Positions 40,966 to 53,940 of a stretch of 64,000 nt of DNA are shown piece by piece. The notes beneath the pieces are model-generated. The model ran no database searches and had not been told where the DNA came from. It saw only the letters and a list, made by a program, of their open reading frames with translations. The DNA comes from Octopus bimaculoides (lineage: Eukaryota), in NCBI RefSeq assembly GCF_001194135.2, contig NC_068994.1:8775492-8839491 (forward strand). Reading direction: 5' to 3'. The position numbers and the translations under genes were made by a program. Each line of letters opens with the position of its first letter. The first letter of the stretch is position 1.

Positions 40966-41358
40966 GTGGAGGCGCAATAGCCCAGTGGTTAGGGCAGCGG
41001 ACTCGCGGTCATAGGATCGCGGTTTCGATTCCCAGACCGGGCGTTGTAAGTGTTTATTGAGCGAAAACACCGAAAAGCTCCACGAGGCTCTGACAGGGGA
41101 TGGTGGCGAACCCTGCTGTACTCTTTCACCACAACTTTCTCTCACTCTTACTTCCTGTTTCTGTTGTGCCTGTAATTCAAAGGGTCAGCCTTGTCACACT
41201 GCGTCACGCTGAATATCCCCGAAAACTACGTTAAGGGTACACGTGTCTGTGGAATGCTCAGCCACTTGCACGTTAATTTTACGAGCAGGCTGTTCCGTTG
41301 ATCGGATCAACTGGAACCCTCGACGTCGTAAGCGACGGAGTGCCAATAAAAAAAAAAA
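40966..41358 (+). mobile_element. tRNA-derived SINE family D, full length
   Basis: A-box TAGCCCAGTGG (40978-40988), B-box-like GTTTCGATTCC (41022-41032), GC-rich body, tail GACGGAGTGCCAA followed by an A-rich end. Confidence 0.85.
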
Positions 41359-42359
41359 TACTCTTTGAATGATGTAATCCGTAAAAGTTATTCCTAATTT
41401 TGGTACAAGGAAAATAATTGTAGATGTGAGCGTAAGTCAATTATATTAAGTCCAGTGATCAACTAGTAATCATTTTATCGATCTGGAAATGGCGGAGAGC
41501 AATACTTACGTTGGAGAAAATTTGAACTAAGAACTTTAAGAACTTGAAAATATTCTCCCAATGAATTTGTCCGAGGCTTTATCACATCTGCCAGCTAGTT
41601 GCTTTAATATAGTCTAAAATATTTTTTACAATAAAAGGAAGACAGAAAATTTTCAAGGGAACAGACTAAGAGATTTACATAAGTACCAGTGCTTAACCAG
41701 TACTCATTTTATCGAGGAAGAATGGCTAAAAGACATGTTTAACATCGGTGTTATTTGAACACAAAGCATCAACTGGATGAGAAGCTGTTAAGCATTTTTC
41801 CTGACACACTAACTAATTTTGGCATCTCACCAACTTTTAGAATTAGATAATAAAAGATGAAGAGTTACTATGTGGATTGTATTTTGATCACAGGTCTGCC
41901 TAATTTGGTCTAACATTGATCTAAACGACCAGAACAATAAAACATCAGTGCCAACAACAGCAACATTAACACAAACAGACTATTCTCGTTAAATGTCAGC
42001 TATATGTTGTTGAAAGCAGAACAACAGTCCCAAAATTGGTCAGTGATATTTCAGCTGTACATTGGTAACACGTAAATTTTCAGGTCTTGGAAAACAAAAG
42101 CTTAAAACATGCTTCATTAAACATCAGACATAATCACTGTGTTTTTGTCTGTCGTAAATAATCAAATTAATTTCATCGTTTCAAATCAGCTGTGTATAAA
42201 CTGAAATATATTACATTTGTTAACATATGCATATACACAATTACTTCTTATATACGCGTCAAGCTATATATCTGACTACCAAAACCTCTCATATATATAT
42301 ATATATATATATATTATATAGGTGTGTGTGTGTGTGTGTGTGTATATATNNNNNNNNNN

Positions 42360-42417
<58 letters not shown>

Positions 42418-42552
42418 TGTGTGTGTATATATATATATATATATTCACATATATATACATATATGTATACGTATATAACTATATATCGATATATGTATGT
42501 ATATAATGTATATATGTGAATATATACATCCCCTTCACAGTTCTGTCTGTTA

Positions 42553-42583
<31 letters not shown>

Positions 42584-42610
42584 TCTTTCTCCCTTATTCA
42601 TGTAACTCAC

Positions 42611-42772
42611 ACGTGACCATTCGGCCATCTTTCTTTTTCTAACTTATGTCTCTTTCTTTCTCTCCGCTTTAGCTGGTTCAAGAAAACGTGTTCTTGTCTG
42701 TCTTCTGTCCAAGCTTGTTTGTACGTGTTCCCCACCACAACCTTGTTTAGGTAGCGCATATTAGGATCTAAA
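42611..42772 (-). CDS. Candidate internal coding exon (162 nt, phase 2 to 2) of an unidentified gene
   Basis: Acceptor CTACGGTTTGTTTTTAG| (alternative AG 5 nt downstream), donor GT|GTGAGT; open frame LDPNMRYLNKVVVGNTYKQAWTEDRQEHVFLNQLKRRERKRHKLEKERWPNGH. Confidence 0.55.
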
Positions 42773-44784
42773 CTAAAAACAAACCGTAGATGCGAACGAA
42801 ACAAACTGAATGATACTAATAATTCGCTCTGCATTATTTTCCTTCGTAGATTAATTCACCTCTTTAAAGAAGTGCATTCTACTATTTGCAAGCAAAGGCT
42901 CATATGAAACGCTTCTATATATTCGATCCCATCAGTGTACGTAGGCTAACTAAGCAAATTAGTAAATAAATTTTCACGAATAGAAAAAGATGTCCTTATG
43001 CTAAAACAGTTTGATCACAAAATACTGAACGTATGTAAATTATTTAAACGACAGTAACTACCATTTATCGTCCGCAAAAAATTCCTTTGAAGATATATAT
43101 TAGTAAATATACACAATATACACTAGATATTGCATAAAATATCATCACGAGAGCAATGTATACGTATTTCACCGTTGTTGCAGCTTAACAATGATGCGTA
43201 CTCGTGTCACTTCCGAAACAAAATCGAATCTGCTATTGTGAAGTATATGCAGATAATTTATAAACTATTTACTGTGCTGCATTGGAACTGCATCAGTGGA
43301 ATAATGGAATAAAACATTATCTGCATCACATATTTAACGTATATTTGACCAAGGCCAACTGAAAATAAAAAGACCATCGATCGAAAATAAAAGGAAAAAA
43401 AAAATATTGAAAAGGCTGAGAAACATTTTATCAATGAAGTTCAAAATGTATTTGAAAACCATAAAAATATTATTTCAATTAATCAGATTTATATATATAT
43501 ATATATATATTTTTTAAATCGTTTATCTAACAAAATGTTTTCAGTCACTTGAGTCCTATAAAGTGTAAAAGTAAAACATCATCTACGTAGACACCATTGG
43601 TAATAAAATCGTATATGTGGATATTTTTTCGAAACATTATATTAATAAAAATTCAACAGAGATTTAGAAGCCATAAGAATTCAATTTTAATAAAACAATA
43701 GTATTATTTTATTTTTATATTTCTCGAATATTATTTTAATATTTCGACATAAGGTGCTCTGTGTCAAAAATCATAATTGAACAGAGACTACCCGTCTCTG
43801 AATGTCTTTATGTGCATGTATGCATTTGTTTGTGTGTGTGTGTGTGTAAGTATTTCGTGGGTATACAACTGTAAGTATTGTGTATTTTATGTGACTACTT
43901 CAAAGACAGGCTATACGAATTAATGCTGTGCAAAAGCTTGAGACTGGGAGGGATATGACATGGATACCATTTGTGAGGCATTGAACAAACTTCCACTTAC
44001 TATAATAAGTGAATAAATACTTACATACATACATGTGGCATGTATATATGTACATGTAACCAACTTTAGATTAAAGCAAATATGTTCGGAGCATATTTAA
44101 ACTTTTAAATACAACTTCATTGCAGTCTAGAGCAGAGAAAAAATTCCTCATTTATATTAATGGTTTAAATAAAGCATTACCTTCTCCGCAGCGCACTTTT
44201 TGAAGCCTAGATGAAGCTATGACCCTTTATGCTGTCCTCAGTAAGATCTTAGCTGACAGAAAACTTAACTTTTAATGAACGCAATTCATTTATTAATATT
44301 GATGACTGATTTGCGTTAGTAGACCGCACGGCCTGAACAAATGCATTAATAGAAGTGCAAAGCTTTGATGAGAAATAGTAAATAATTAGTTCAATTCAAA
44401 TAGGCTTGTGACATATTTTATTTTCTAAAAGCAATTTTACTGAGGTTCACCGCGGTCGAGCGCAAACCAGTCACTAAACAGAATCTTTTATTATAAAGAT
44501 ATGACTTTCTAGCCAGCTCAGTGTTATCTCTGTATGTTGTCACTCAACGAGAACAGCATGATGAGCCAGAAATTTATCTAAGGGGACCAAAAGTCGGCGC
44601 CACTATGCTGGTAATAATGTATGTACACCATTGCCACACACGAGAATTTTTCTCCGTAGTAAACTGCGGTGTAATTACATTTACATACTTATATATATAC
44701 GATATATTTAAACTATCCTAGAGCTAGTTTATTTCCTTGCGTCGCACTACAATTAATATTTATATAGCATATGATATACATGCA

Positions 44785-45030
44785 TACTCTTTTACTTGTT
44801 TCAGTCATTTGATTGCGACCATGCTGGAGCACCGCCTTTAGTCGAGCAAATCGACCCCAGGACTTATTCTTTGTAAGCCTAGTACTTATTCTATCGGTCT
44901 CTTTTTGCCGAACTGCTAATTTACAGGGAAATAAATACACCAACATCGGTTTGGGGGACAAACACAGACACACAAACATATTCACACACACACACACAAA
45001 CATATATATACATATATATATATATATATA
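44785..45030 (-). mobile_element. SINE family B, 3' half (runs into a gap)
   Basis: Reverse complement of the 10260-10470 tail. Confidence 0.85.
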
Positions 45031-45899
45031 NNNNNNNNNNNNNNNNNNNNNNNNNNNNNNNNNNNNNNNNNNNNNNNNNNNNNNNNNNNNNNNNNNNNNN
45101 NNNNNNNNNNNNNNNNNNNNNNNNNNNNNNNNNNNNNNNNNNNNNNNNNNNNNNNNNNNNNNNNNNNNNNNNNNNNNNNNNNNNNNNNNNNNNNNNNNNN
45201 NNNNNNNNNNNNNNNNNNNNNNNNNNNNNNNNNNNNNNNNNNNNNNNNNNNNNNNNNNNNNNNNNNNNNNNNNNNNNNNNNNNNNNNNNNNNNNNNNNNN
45301 NNNNNNNNNNNNNNNNNNNNNNNNNNNNNNNNNNNNNNNNNNNNNNNNNNNNNNNNNNNNNNNNNNNNNNNNNNNNNNNNNNNNNNNNNNNNNNNNNNNN
45401 NNNNNNNNNNNNNNNNNNNNNNNNNNNNNNNNNNNNNNNNNNNNNNNNNNNNNNNNNNNNNNNNNNNNNNNNNNNNNNNNNNNNNNNNNNNNNNNNNNNN
45501 NNNNNNNNNNNNNNNNNNNNNNNNNNNNNNNNNNNNNNNNNNNNNNNNNNNNNNNNNNNNNNNNNNNNNNNNNNNNNNNNNNNNNNNNNNNNNNNNNNNN
45601 NNNNNNNNNNNNNNNNNNNNNNNNNNNNNNNNNNNNNNNNNNNNNNNNNNNNNNNNNNNNNNNNNNNNNNNNNNNNNNNNNNNNNNNNNNNNNNNNNNNN
45701 NNNNNNNNNNNNNNNNNNNNNNNNNNNNNNNNNNNNNNNNNNNNNNNNNNNNNNNNNNNNNNNNNNNNNNNNNNNNNNNNNNNNNNNNNNNNNNNNNNNN
45801 NNNNNNNNNNNNNNNNNNNNNNNNNNNNNNNNNNNNNNNNNNNNNNNNNNNNNNNNNNNNNNNNNNNNNNNNNNNNNNNNNNNNGAGAGAGAAAAAAAA

Positions 45900-46562
45900 T
45901 ATAGAGAAAAAAAAATAATACATAGGGAGACGTAGCACAACAGTTCATTCGCTGATGCCAATAGCCAAAAAAAAAAAAAAATTCAAGACAAGTAAGTAGT
46001 ACGAAAGTTCAACTACTTCCCTCATAACAACAAATTTAGTAGGTAAAATCCAATTTCATAAACAGGAATACCGAAGTGCACGGGACAAAACAGCAACAGA
46101 ACATCCGAAGTGTGGGAAAGTAAAATCCATATTTCACCATTCCGCAGGTAACATCAGTAAAGTCAAACCATAAACATCATTTACAGTGGGTTACGAGTAT
46201 AGGTGGAAGACAAACATAGAACACCTATGGCTATTTTGGGGGTATATCACCGTATTTAATGCACAAAAGAGCACAAATTGGTGATAACCCCTTCTTCAGG
46301 GTAAAAAAAGACACAGACATCAACGACGTCCGTCACCAGTCAAAAAAATTATAATTATGAGAGCAAGATTAAATAAATAATAATATGGACTAGACCTAAA
46401 AAAAAAAAAATCGAATTTTTAGTATACCCTTTAGAATAGTCAGGCAGGTTTGGTAACTAAAACTATTAGGTTTCAAATCCAACGTAAACCATGATAAAAA
46501 ATAAATACTACCATTGTATCCATATTTTTATTATTATTTTAATATCAGTTATTTTTGTCCAT
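45900..46562 (-). mobile_element. Probable 3' UTR / pseudo-LTR of the Penelope-like element
   Basis: Non-coding sequence directly downstream of the GIY-YIG stop. It contains a hammerhead motif and short internal repeats (gtaaaatcca twice, ccgaagtg twice, 46045-46130). The distal boundary is approximate. Confidence 0.55.
46222..46305 (-). ncRNA. Type I hammerhead ribozyme, degenerate (G12 to A)
   Basis: Minus strand reads TTACC-CTGAAGA-AGGGGTTATCACC-(28 nt)-GGTGATATACCCCC-AAAA-T-AGCC-ATA-GGTG. Stem I is UACC/GGUG, stem II is about 12 bp, stem III is 2 bp around a near-palindrome (ATAGCCAT), and the cleavage triplet is AUA. Confidence 0.65.
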
Positions 46563-47420
46563 TTATTTACTTCTATCATTACCATTACTACCATTATTAC
46601 CACTACTAACACTATTATTTTTGTTCCGATTCCTATTTTTATATAGTTTTAGGAAGGTGGAGGAAAATTTATGATTGCAAAAAGGGATTACCTCGATAAA
46701 CTTATTCAAGGGTTTCGGCCCAAAAGACCTAAGAATGGAAAGGGATTCCCTAATGCATAATAAGCACTTGCTAATATTAGCCCTAAATTGGGGGATTCTA
46801 GATAAGATTGACCATTCAAGATAGTACTTCATATTCCTCCTCTTGAGATCATGTAGGTAAGAGGCGAGTGTTGTGGAATTATAATATTTCTCATTAGAAA
46901 AGGAACTCATGTGCGCCCTATACCTGGCTTTAAAATTCACTGAACTTCCAATATAAAACTTATTTTGTTTGTCCTCGTCTCTAACTACACATTTATACAC
47001 TACGTTTGTGGACAAAAAAATTCCGCCGAGAGGACATAAAGAAGGGTCCCTCAAATAACATATTTTTTTACGGCCACCCTTAAAGTCATTTCCAACATTA
47101 TTAACCTTATTAACCGCCCTCAGAAATTTATTCTTATCAACCATTCCACTTATTTCATTCCCAGATTTAGGCATAATCCGAGGGAATGAAGGGCCCGTTC
47201 CACCATCGTCGTGTGGTTTACAGTTGGTTTTATTTGAAACAGGGTCTCCCTGTGGCGTACATTCGCATATCTTTAACTTATTTATTTTATTGCTATTTAA
47301 AGAGGCAATAATGGATGCTAAATTTGGCTTTGGCATTCCAGAGTAGGAACACTTAATTGTAGAACTGTTACAAATACTGTAGTATTTGTGGTCCCTAGGA
47401 AAATTATTTTCTAAGATATA
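46563..47420 (-). mobile_element. Penelope-like retroelement, C-terminal RT thumb/linker plus GIY-YIG endonuclease; 5'-truncated at an assembly gap
   Basis: The frame is open from the gap edge (YILENNFPRDHKYYSICNSSTIKCSYSGMPKPNLASIIASLN) to the stop at 46563. It contains the PLE-type SYSxMP motif, a degenerate CxCx5CPLxGxC linker (CYLRDPSLCPLGGIF), GIY-YIG core NVVYKC...FYIG...FKARYRAH, NSTTLASYLHDLK, CLLC-x2-E and LNK...CNHK. Confidence 0.9.
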
Positions 47421-47489
47421 TNNNNNNNNNNNNNNNNNNNNNNNNNNNNNNNNNNNNNNNNNNNNNNNNNNNNNNNNNNNNNNNNNNNN

Positions 47490-47525
<36 letters not shown>

Positions 47526-48707
47526 TATATATATATATATAGATAGATATACATATATATATATGTGTGTGTGTATATATATTTATGCATATGTATATAA
47601 ATATACGTGAGTCAATAGTTATAATTGAAAATACTTTGAGAGAACTAACTCAGACGTAACTATCGGGGCATCTCGACGAACATAATATTTTCAAGATATC
47701 AATATTTATATTTAATTATTTCGTTTATTTAGAACTACGTTTTGAACTGCGTTTTAGTCATTTCAGATACATACAAGCACACCACATGTCACATACACCT
47801 TCATGTATGCATGTATACACATATACGTATAATTTACATATATAGAGAGAAAGAGAAGGAGAGATATTGTATATTCATACATTTTGTATGATGACAGCAT
47901 AATTTCTATTATACCTATGTCTGGAAAATATGGAAAATGCTTTTCTTTTCTTCATCCGTAATGTAAATAGTATTTCATAAATATGGAAACGCCAGAAACA
48001 TTAAAGGAATGGAAATGACTTGGAGTTTACAATGGTGGGTTCATATGCGTTTTTAAGTAATCCTGTGGTATTTAGTCATTTCATTCCAGTAGCAAGATTT
48101 GGCCCAACGTACATCACTGTACCTTCGAAATGCATAGCTACCAGCAGTACATGCGAGATAATTAACGTTAGATAATTTACGATTGTTTAATGTATTTTGT
48201 TGAAATAAATCTTAAAATTCGGAATCCCAAACAAAAGAAATGTAAACCTATTGCTATTATTTTTTGCCGTTAATTTCGTAACTCTTATACATGATGAGGT
48301 AACATGTTTCTGCTACATGTTTACATTAAATCAACACAAGCGTATTTTGAGTATTTACTCTATCATAAACTGTTGATAATGATAATCGATCAATAGTTCA
48401 ACTGAACGGTACCGCAGTTTGGGAATTGAAAACAACCATATATATATATATATACAAATAATAAGAAAATGGAGAAAAACAGATTAACCAATACATCGAT
48501 AGGACCACATTTAAAGCTTGTTTATTGATACAAAGCAAGACATAGCTTATTATTTGTATTGGTTCCCGATAAACCTCTGTTTATCCTATTGTCGCGACGT
48601 ATTTAGTGTCCCTGCACACCATTGCCCGCGGATAACACAGGTAACGGATACTGATAGTACATACGGATATTTTATCACTTAGTCGGTTACTACAACTGCT
48701 AAGACCA

Positions 48708-48764
<57 letters not shown>

Positions 48765-49197
48765 NNNNNNNNNNNNNNNNNNNNNNNNNNNNNNNNNNNN
48801 NNNNNNNNNNNNNNNNNNNNNNNNNNNNNNNNNNNNNNNNNNNNNNNNNNNNNNNNNNNNNNNNNNNNNNNNNNNNNNNNNNNNNNNNNNNNNNNNNNNN
48901 NNNNNNNNNNNNNNNNNNNNNNNNNNNNNNNNNNNNNNNNNNNNNNNNNNNNNNNNNNNNNNNNNNNNNNNNNNNNNNNNNNNNNNNNNNNNNNNNNNNN
49001 NNNNNNNNNNNNNNNNNNNNNNNNNNNNNNNNNNNNNNNNNNNNNNNNNNNNNNNNNNNNNNNNNNNNNNNNNNNNNNNNNNNNNNNNNNNNNNNNNNNN
49101 NNNNNNNNNNNNNNNNNNNNNNNNNNNNNNNNNNNNNNNNNNNNNNNNNNNNNNNNNNNNNNNNNNNNNNNNNNTATACACATACATACATCCATCT

Positions 49198-49397
49198 CTA
49201 AGTTACAGGGACGTAAACACACCAGCATCGGTTGTCAAGCGATGCTGTGGGGACAGACACAGACACACAAACATATACACATACATACATATATACATAT
49301 ATACGACGGCCTTCTTTCAGTTTCCGTCTGCCAAATCCACTCATAAAGCTTTGGTCGGCCCGAGGCTATAGTAGAAGACACTTACACAAGGTGCCAC
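49198..49397 (-). mobile_element. SINE family B, central part
   Basis: CAGCATCGGTTGTCAAGC...microsatellite...CTTCTTTCAGTTTCCGTCTGCCAAATCCACTC...CAAGGTGCCAC. Confidence 0.8.
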
Positions 49398-51097
49398 ATA
49401 TATACCCTTATAGATACCCCATATATATTTGTGTGTTTGCGAGTGTGTGTGCGTGTATGTGTGTGCGAGTGTGTGTGAGTGTGTGTGTGTATGATAGATA
49501 GATAGGTAGAGAGACATAGATGGAAAGAGAGATAAATAGACGGATAGATAAAAGGATAGATGGACAAATGGATGCATGGGTTAGAAGGATAGATAATTAG
49601 ATATATAGAAAAGTACAAATATGCCTTTGAAAAGTTTTGCATATGGATAATGTGTGACATATATGGAAGAAAATTCCAATGTATATTACATTAAAACGTA
49701 TTCTATTCTAGACATCCATATCTGAAAGAAATGGTGTTACTACGTATGTTTGCGTGTTCTGAAGTATTTCTGCATAAATGCGTTTAATATTTGAATGTAT
49801 TTTATGGTAATAACTCTTTCTGTTACCGACATCTGAAATATAATTCGTTGCTATGGATATGCGTTCTGTATTCGACTGTATTTTGCACTGCTAAGTATTA
49901 ACGTCCCCAATATCTGAAAGCAATCAGATTGATATGTCATGTTGTGTGTTTATATATGTGGTCAATATTTAAGTGCTTTTTACACGACAAACTATTATTA
50001 TAGTCATCGATGTCTGAAATGAATTGGATTGCTATGTACACAGATATGAATGAATTTTTTTCTCTCTTGATGCGTGCCTGCATATACGAACATTATTTGA
50101 ATGCATTTTCTGCTATTAACTGTTACAGCTACCAATTTGTGAAATAAATTTCTGTATGCTTTTTTGTGTTATGTAACACTATGTTTGAATACATTTCTAA
50201 TGCTTTCAGTTTGAAGTAGCTGATTCAGCATATGGCATTTTGTAAAGGAGCTATTCAGCTCTATTTAATATAGACCCCCCCCCCAAAAAAAAAAATAGAC
50301 GAAAATACATCATTTAAGAATAAATATCCAAGAACAAAAATCCTTTTTAAAACTTCTGCTGCAAAGTTGACATTTAATTACAATTCTCAACCTTAATTAT
50401 GTACTATGTGACATTCCGTATCATGTAAATCCTGTGATAACACGCAATTTATCCTTCCACCTGCTATCCAGTGACTACCATTATATCACCATCTTCGGTA
50501 CTACCATTTCTATTCGTATATGTTAATCATATACCCGTATATTTTCTGACATGCTCTGATATGCAATTAAATAGATAATGAAATTGAAAAATGTGACAAA
50601 ATTTGTCGTACCTACTTATTTTGGTGTTTGACGAAGTGGGTGGCAAGAAATGGGAAGCATGGGAAATTTTAGTTAAACTCAGAAGGTGATAGTCAATTAT
50701 AGTATTGGTAATTCTTTTAGCTTAGGTTCAGTCCCTTAATCCGTCCATTTACGATGGAGGCTTCTCAAAAAATTACTAACGAAATCTAATGACGAATGGC
50801 ATAGTTGAAAGCATTGTGTGAGTTTTGCCTGCGGAAGTTGCTTTTGCAGAGGTGCAGAGATGTGCAAGTGTTCTAGCATGGCCGCAGTATAATAACTACA
50901 ACAATTAAGAATTTAAAGAGTTCTAGCGTCGATACATCCGACTAAAAATAGTTCAAGGTCGTGTCCAAGCATGGCCGCAGTCTAATAAGTGTAACAAGTA
51001 AAAATGAAAAGCAATTCTGGGGTCGATACGTTCAGGTAAAACTTCTTTAAGGCCGCAGTCTAATGACTGAAACAAGTAAAAAGTGAAAAAAAAAAAA

Positions 51098-51187
51098 GGG
51101 TGGATTTTGTCCACTTCCACACGTAAACTATGGGGATTTGTCCGTGGGGATTTTGTACTAGGGGGATTTTGTCCTATACTCTCCCTG
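51098..51187. repeat. Four spaced GGGGATTTTGTCC-type motifs, possibly subterminal repeats of a DNA transposon end
   Basis: Motifs at 51101, 51132, 51146 and 51161, ending TATACTCTCC. Confidence 0.45.
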
Positions 51188-52397
51188 TATATATATATTA
51201 AATACATAGTATATATAGAAAGAGAGATAGGGAGAGAAAGAGAGATAAGGAGAGAAAGAGAGATAAGGAGAGAAAGAGAAAGAGAAATGTAGATAGATGG
51301 GTAGATATGCATATGATATATTTATGTATAAACATACACATGTACTTATATATATATCTTTGTATGTAATAATGAATATGTACGTATGTTTGAAAATTCA
51401 AGTATTTTCTTCTTGTTTTGTTTAGCATTATTGTAACACTCTTCTTCCGCATTATTTTTCTTTCTTCAAGTCGGCCTGTCTAGACATTCTTTGTAGCTTG
51501 CTACTATAATAGCATAAAAAAAAGGAAAGAAAAATGATTAAAGAAGAAAGAAAATATCTCCATGTTGTTTTTTCAGAACCTCATTAGTTTTCTTTTTCTT
51601 TTTACCGTATTCGTTGTATCTATTTATTCCGTGTTAGCTCTTTTTTTTTTTTACCTCATTCTCTTAGTTTCACGTTTTTTTGGGTTTTTTTTTTACTGCA
51701 CTGTTAATATTTTTTTCACAAGTTTGCATCTGAGGGGTGTACCTATTTACATTAGCGACTACGGCTTCTTTGATAAGCATCTCTGGCCGCTCCTCCATAA
51801 TACGCTGCCATGTTGTATATCAAGTAAACAATGCTTACAGAATATGGAAACATAACAAACATGTTCAAAAGCGAATCGCAGTTATCCACTTAAGAGAAAC
51901 AGGGTGGCTACTGAAATAATCAATTATCTCTTTAGCGGCAAAATATCCCCCAAAAGAAACTTCTTGCACCGACTTTATAGTCAACGCGGTAAAACTAAAC
52001 AATAGCAACAAGAATATTATTTATTATTATGGCCGTGATCCAACCAGGGCCGCGGCAGAAATGTCTATCCGCCACACCTTGGTTCATCAACATGAATAAT
52101 AACAATAACAGTTGTTTCCGATTTCTGCGTAATTCCAGCAGATTTGATGGACAAAGATGCGTCGATGTCATTAACCGTAGTACTTGACTAGAGCTTGATT
52201 GTGGAGGCATCTGGTGGTTACAGTGTTGCGATCACGAAGGCTAGACCGTTGTTTCGATTTTTGGACTGGGTATGGTTTCGATTCCTCTGCAGTCATTTGT
52301 AAATGAGGAAACTTGCGATGGACTGTTCACAATTCATTCACAGGAAATGTTGCGATCTCGGTCATTTATACGCCAAAGAAACTCGGTAACACGGTCG

Positions 52398-52552
52398 TTT
52401 TTCAGTTACCGTCTACCAAATCCACTCACTAGGCTTTGGTCGACCTGAGGCTATAGTAAAAGACATTAGCTTAAGGTGCCACGCAGTGGGACTGAACCCG
52501 GAACCTTGTGACTGGGAAGCAAGCTTCTTTCCGCACAGCCACGTCTGCGTAT
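52398..52552 (-). mobile_element. SINE family B, 5' half
   Basis: CCGTCTACCAAATCCACTCAC...GGTGCCACGCAGTGGGACTGAACCCGGAACC...CACAGCCAC. Confidence 0.8.
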
Positions 52553-53364
52553 GTTTGATTAGAATAATTAGACTGAGAATGATGACAATGAATATACAAA
52601 ATCCAGAGAAGAAAAAAATAATTCACACCAGTTTATGAACGGAAAATACTAACATAGTTTTAACGTTGAAGTATTGCTTCATGGATAGAGGAAAGTAAAA
52701 CAACATTATTCTTTTGTTCTACGTACGCACCTACGATCTCACATGAGGTGTAACAGTTAAGTAGGGTCAGTTAAATCAGAAATGCATTATAAAAGGAAAC
52801 ATTAAGTTTCGAAATCAAACATCTCGTAAAATACTTCGTTTTATGCTCGCTCAATGCTTTTCCCCTTCAGGCCTGTTAAGTAGCAATAGTACAATTGAAA
52901 ATGGTCGCTTTTACATTGCAGAATGTTATTTTATCTGGCTGACTACATTATAAATGGCAGCTCTGATTCCAAAATTGCTAAAGACATGGACTGTACAAGC
53001 ACTAAAACAAGTGGAATATTTTCTAACGTTACTGGTGCTGCTTATTTTGATCATTTCATATATCCATTAAAAGCAACAAAGTTTATCTAATTATAGACAA
53101 AACAGTCGACATATCTTACATTGAAACAAATTGTTTTAGTATCTAGAGATTACGATGAAAATGTCTTCAGCATTCAGCTGTAATCTGTCAATTATTAACC
53201 CTTTTAGAAAACCTTTCATTAAAAAGTTTAAATTCGTCTTCAATAACATCGGATCTCATGTTGTAAAGCCATAGCTTCTCTAGCGATTTTGATAATAATT
53301 ACGATTTTAATAATAATTACGATCATAGTAAAAGCAGTAACTATGAAGATAATAATAATCCTTT

Positions 53365-53940
53365 TTTTAATTTTTGCACAAGGCCAGCATTTTTAGGGGT
53401 GAGTAAGTTGAATATATTGATCTCAGTATTTGATTAGTTCTTATTTTATCGATTGCGAAAGGATGAACGGTGAAGTCGACCTGGTTGGAATTTGAATTCA
53501 GGCCATAAAAACGGACAAAATTCTTAGAAGTATTTTGTCCGGCATGTTAAAGTTTCTGTCAGCTCTCTGACAACAAAAATAATTAATGATCCTTTCTGCT
53601 ATTCGGAAAAAGTGTGAAAATTTGATGGAGCGGGTTACTCGGTCACTGACAAATATTTAATCCACGAAGAAAGGATAGAAGGCATAGAAGAACGCGGCAG
53701 AATTTGAACTCGGAACGTAAAGATGTGCGAAATGTTGCTGAGCATTTTGTTCCGTCTGCAAAGAGTTCTGCCAACGTGCCGCCATAATAATAATAATAAT
53801 AGGCCTGAAATAGTGTAGGAATAGGCTCGTCGATTATGGACCTCGAAATAATGAAAGGCAAAGTCGACATCGGTGGGATTTGAACTCAGAACCTAAAAAC
53901 GGACGATACGGTACTAAGCATTTTGTCCGGGGTACTAATA
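53365..53940 (-). mobile_element. Cluster of three diverged SINE A copies
   Basis: B-box revcomp (GAATTTGAAT/GAATTTGAACTC/GGATTTGAACTC) at about 53490, 53700 and 53878, each with a body. Confidence 0.7.

Noticed and set aside
40966-41045. tRNA gene
   Set aside because: Has A/B boxes but no closed acceptor stem, and continues into a SINE body and tail. The same applies to the heads at 11172, 13745, 16754 and 62763.
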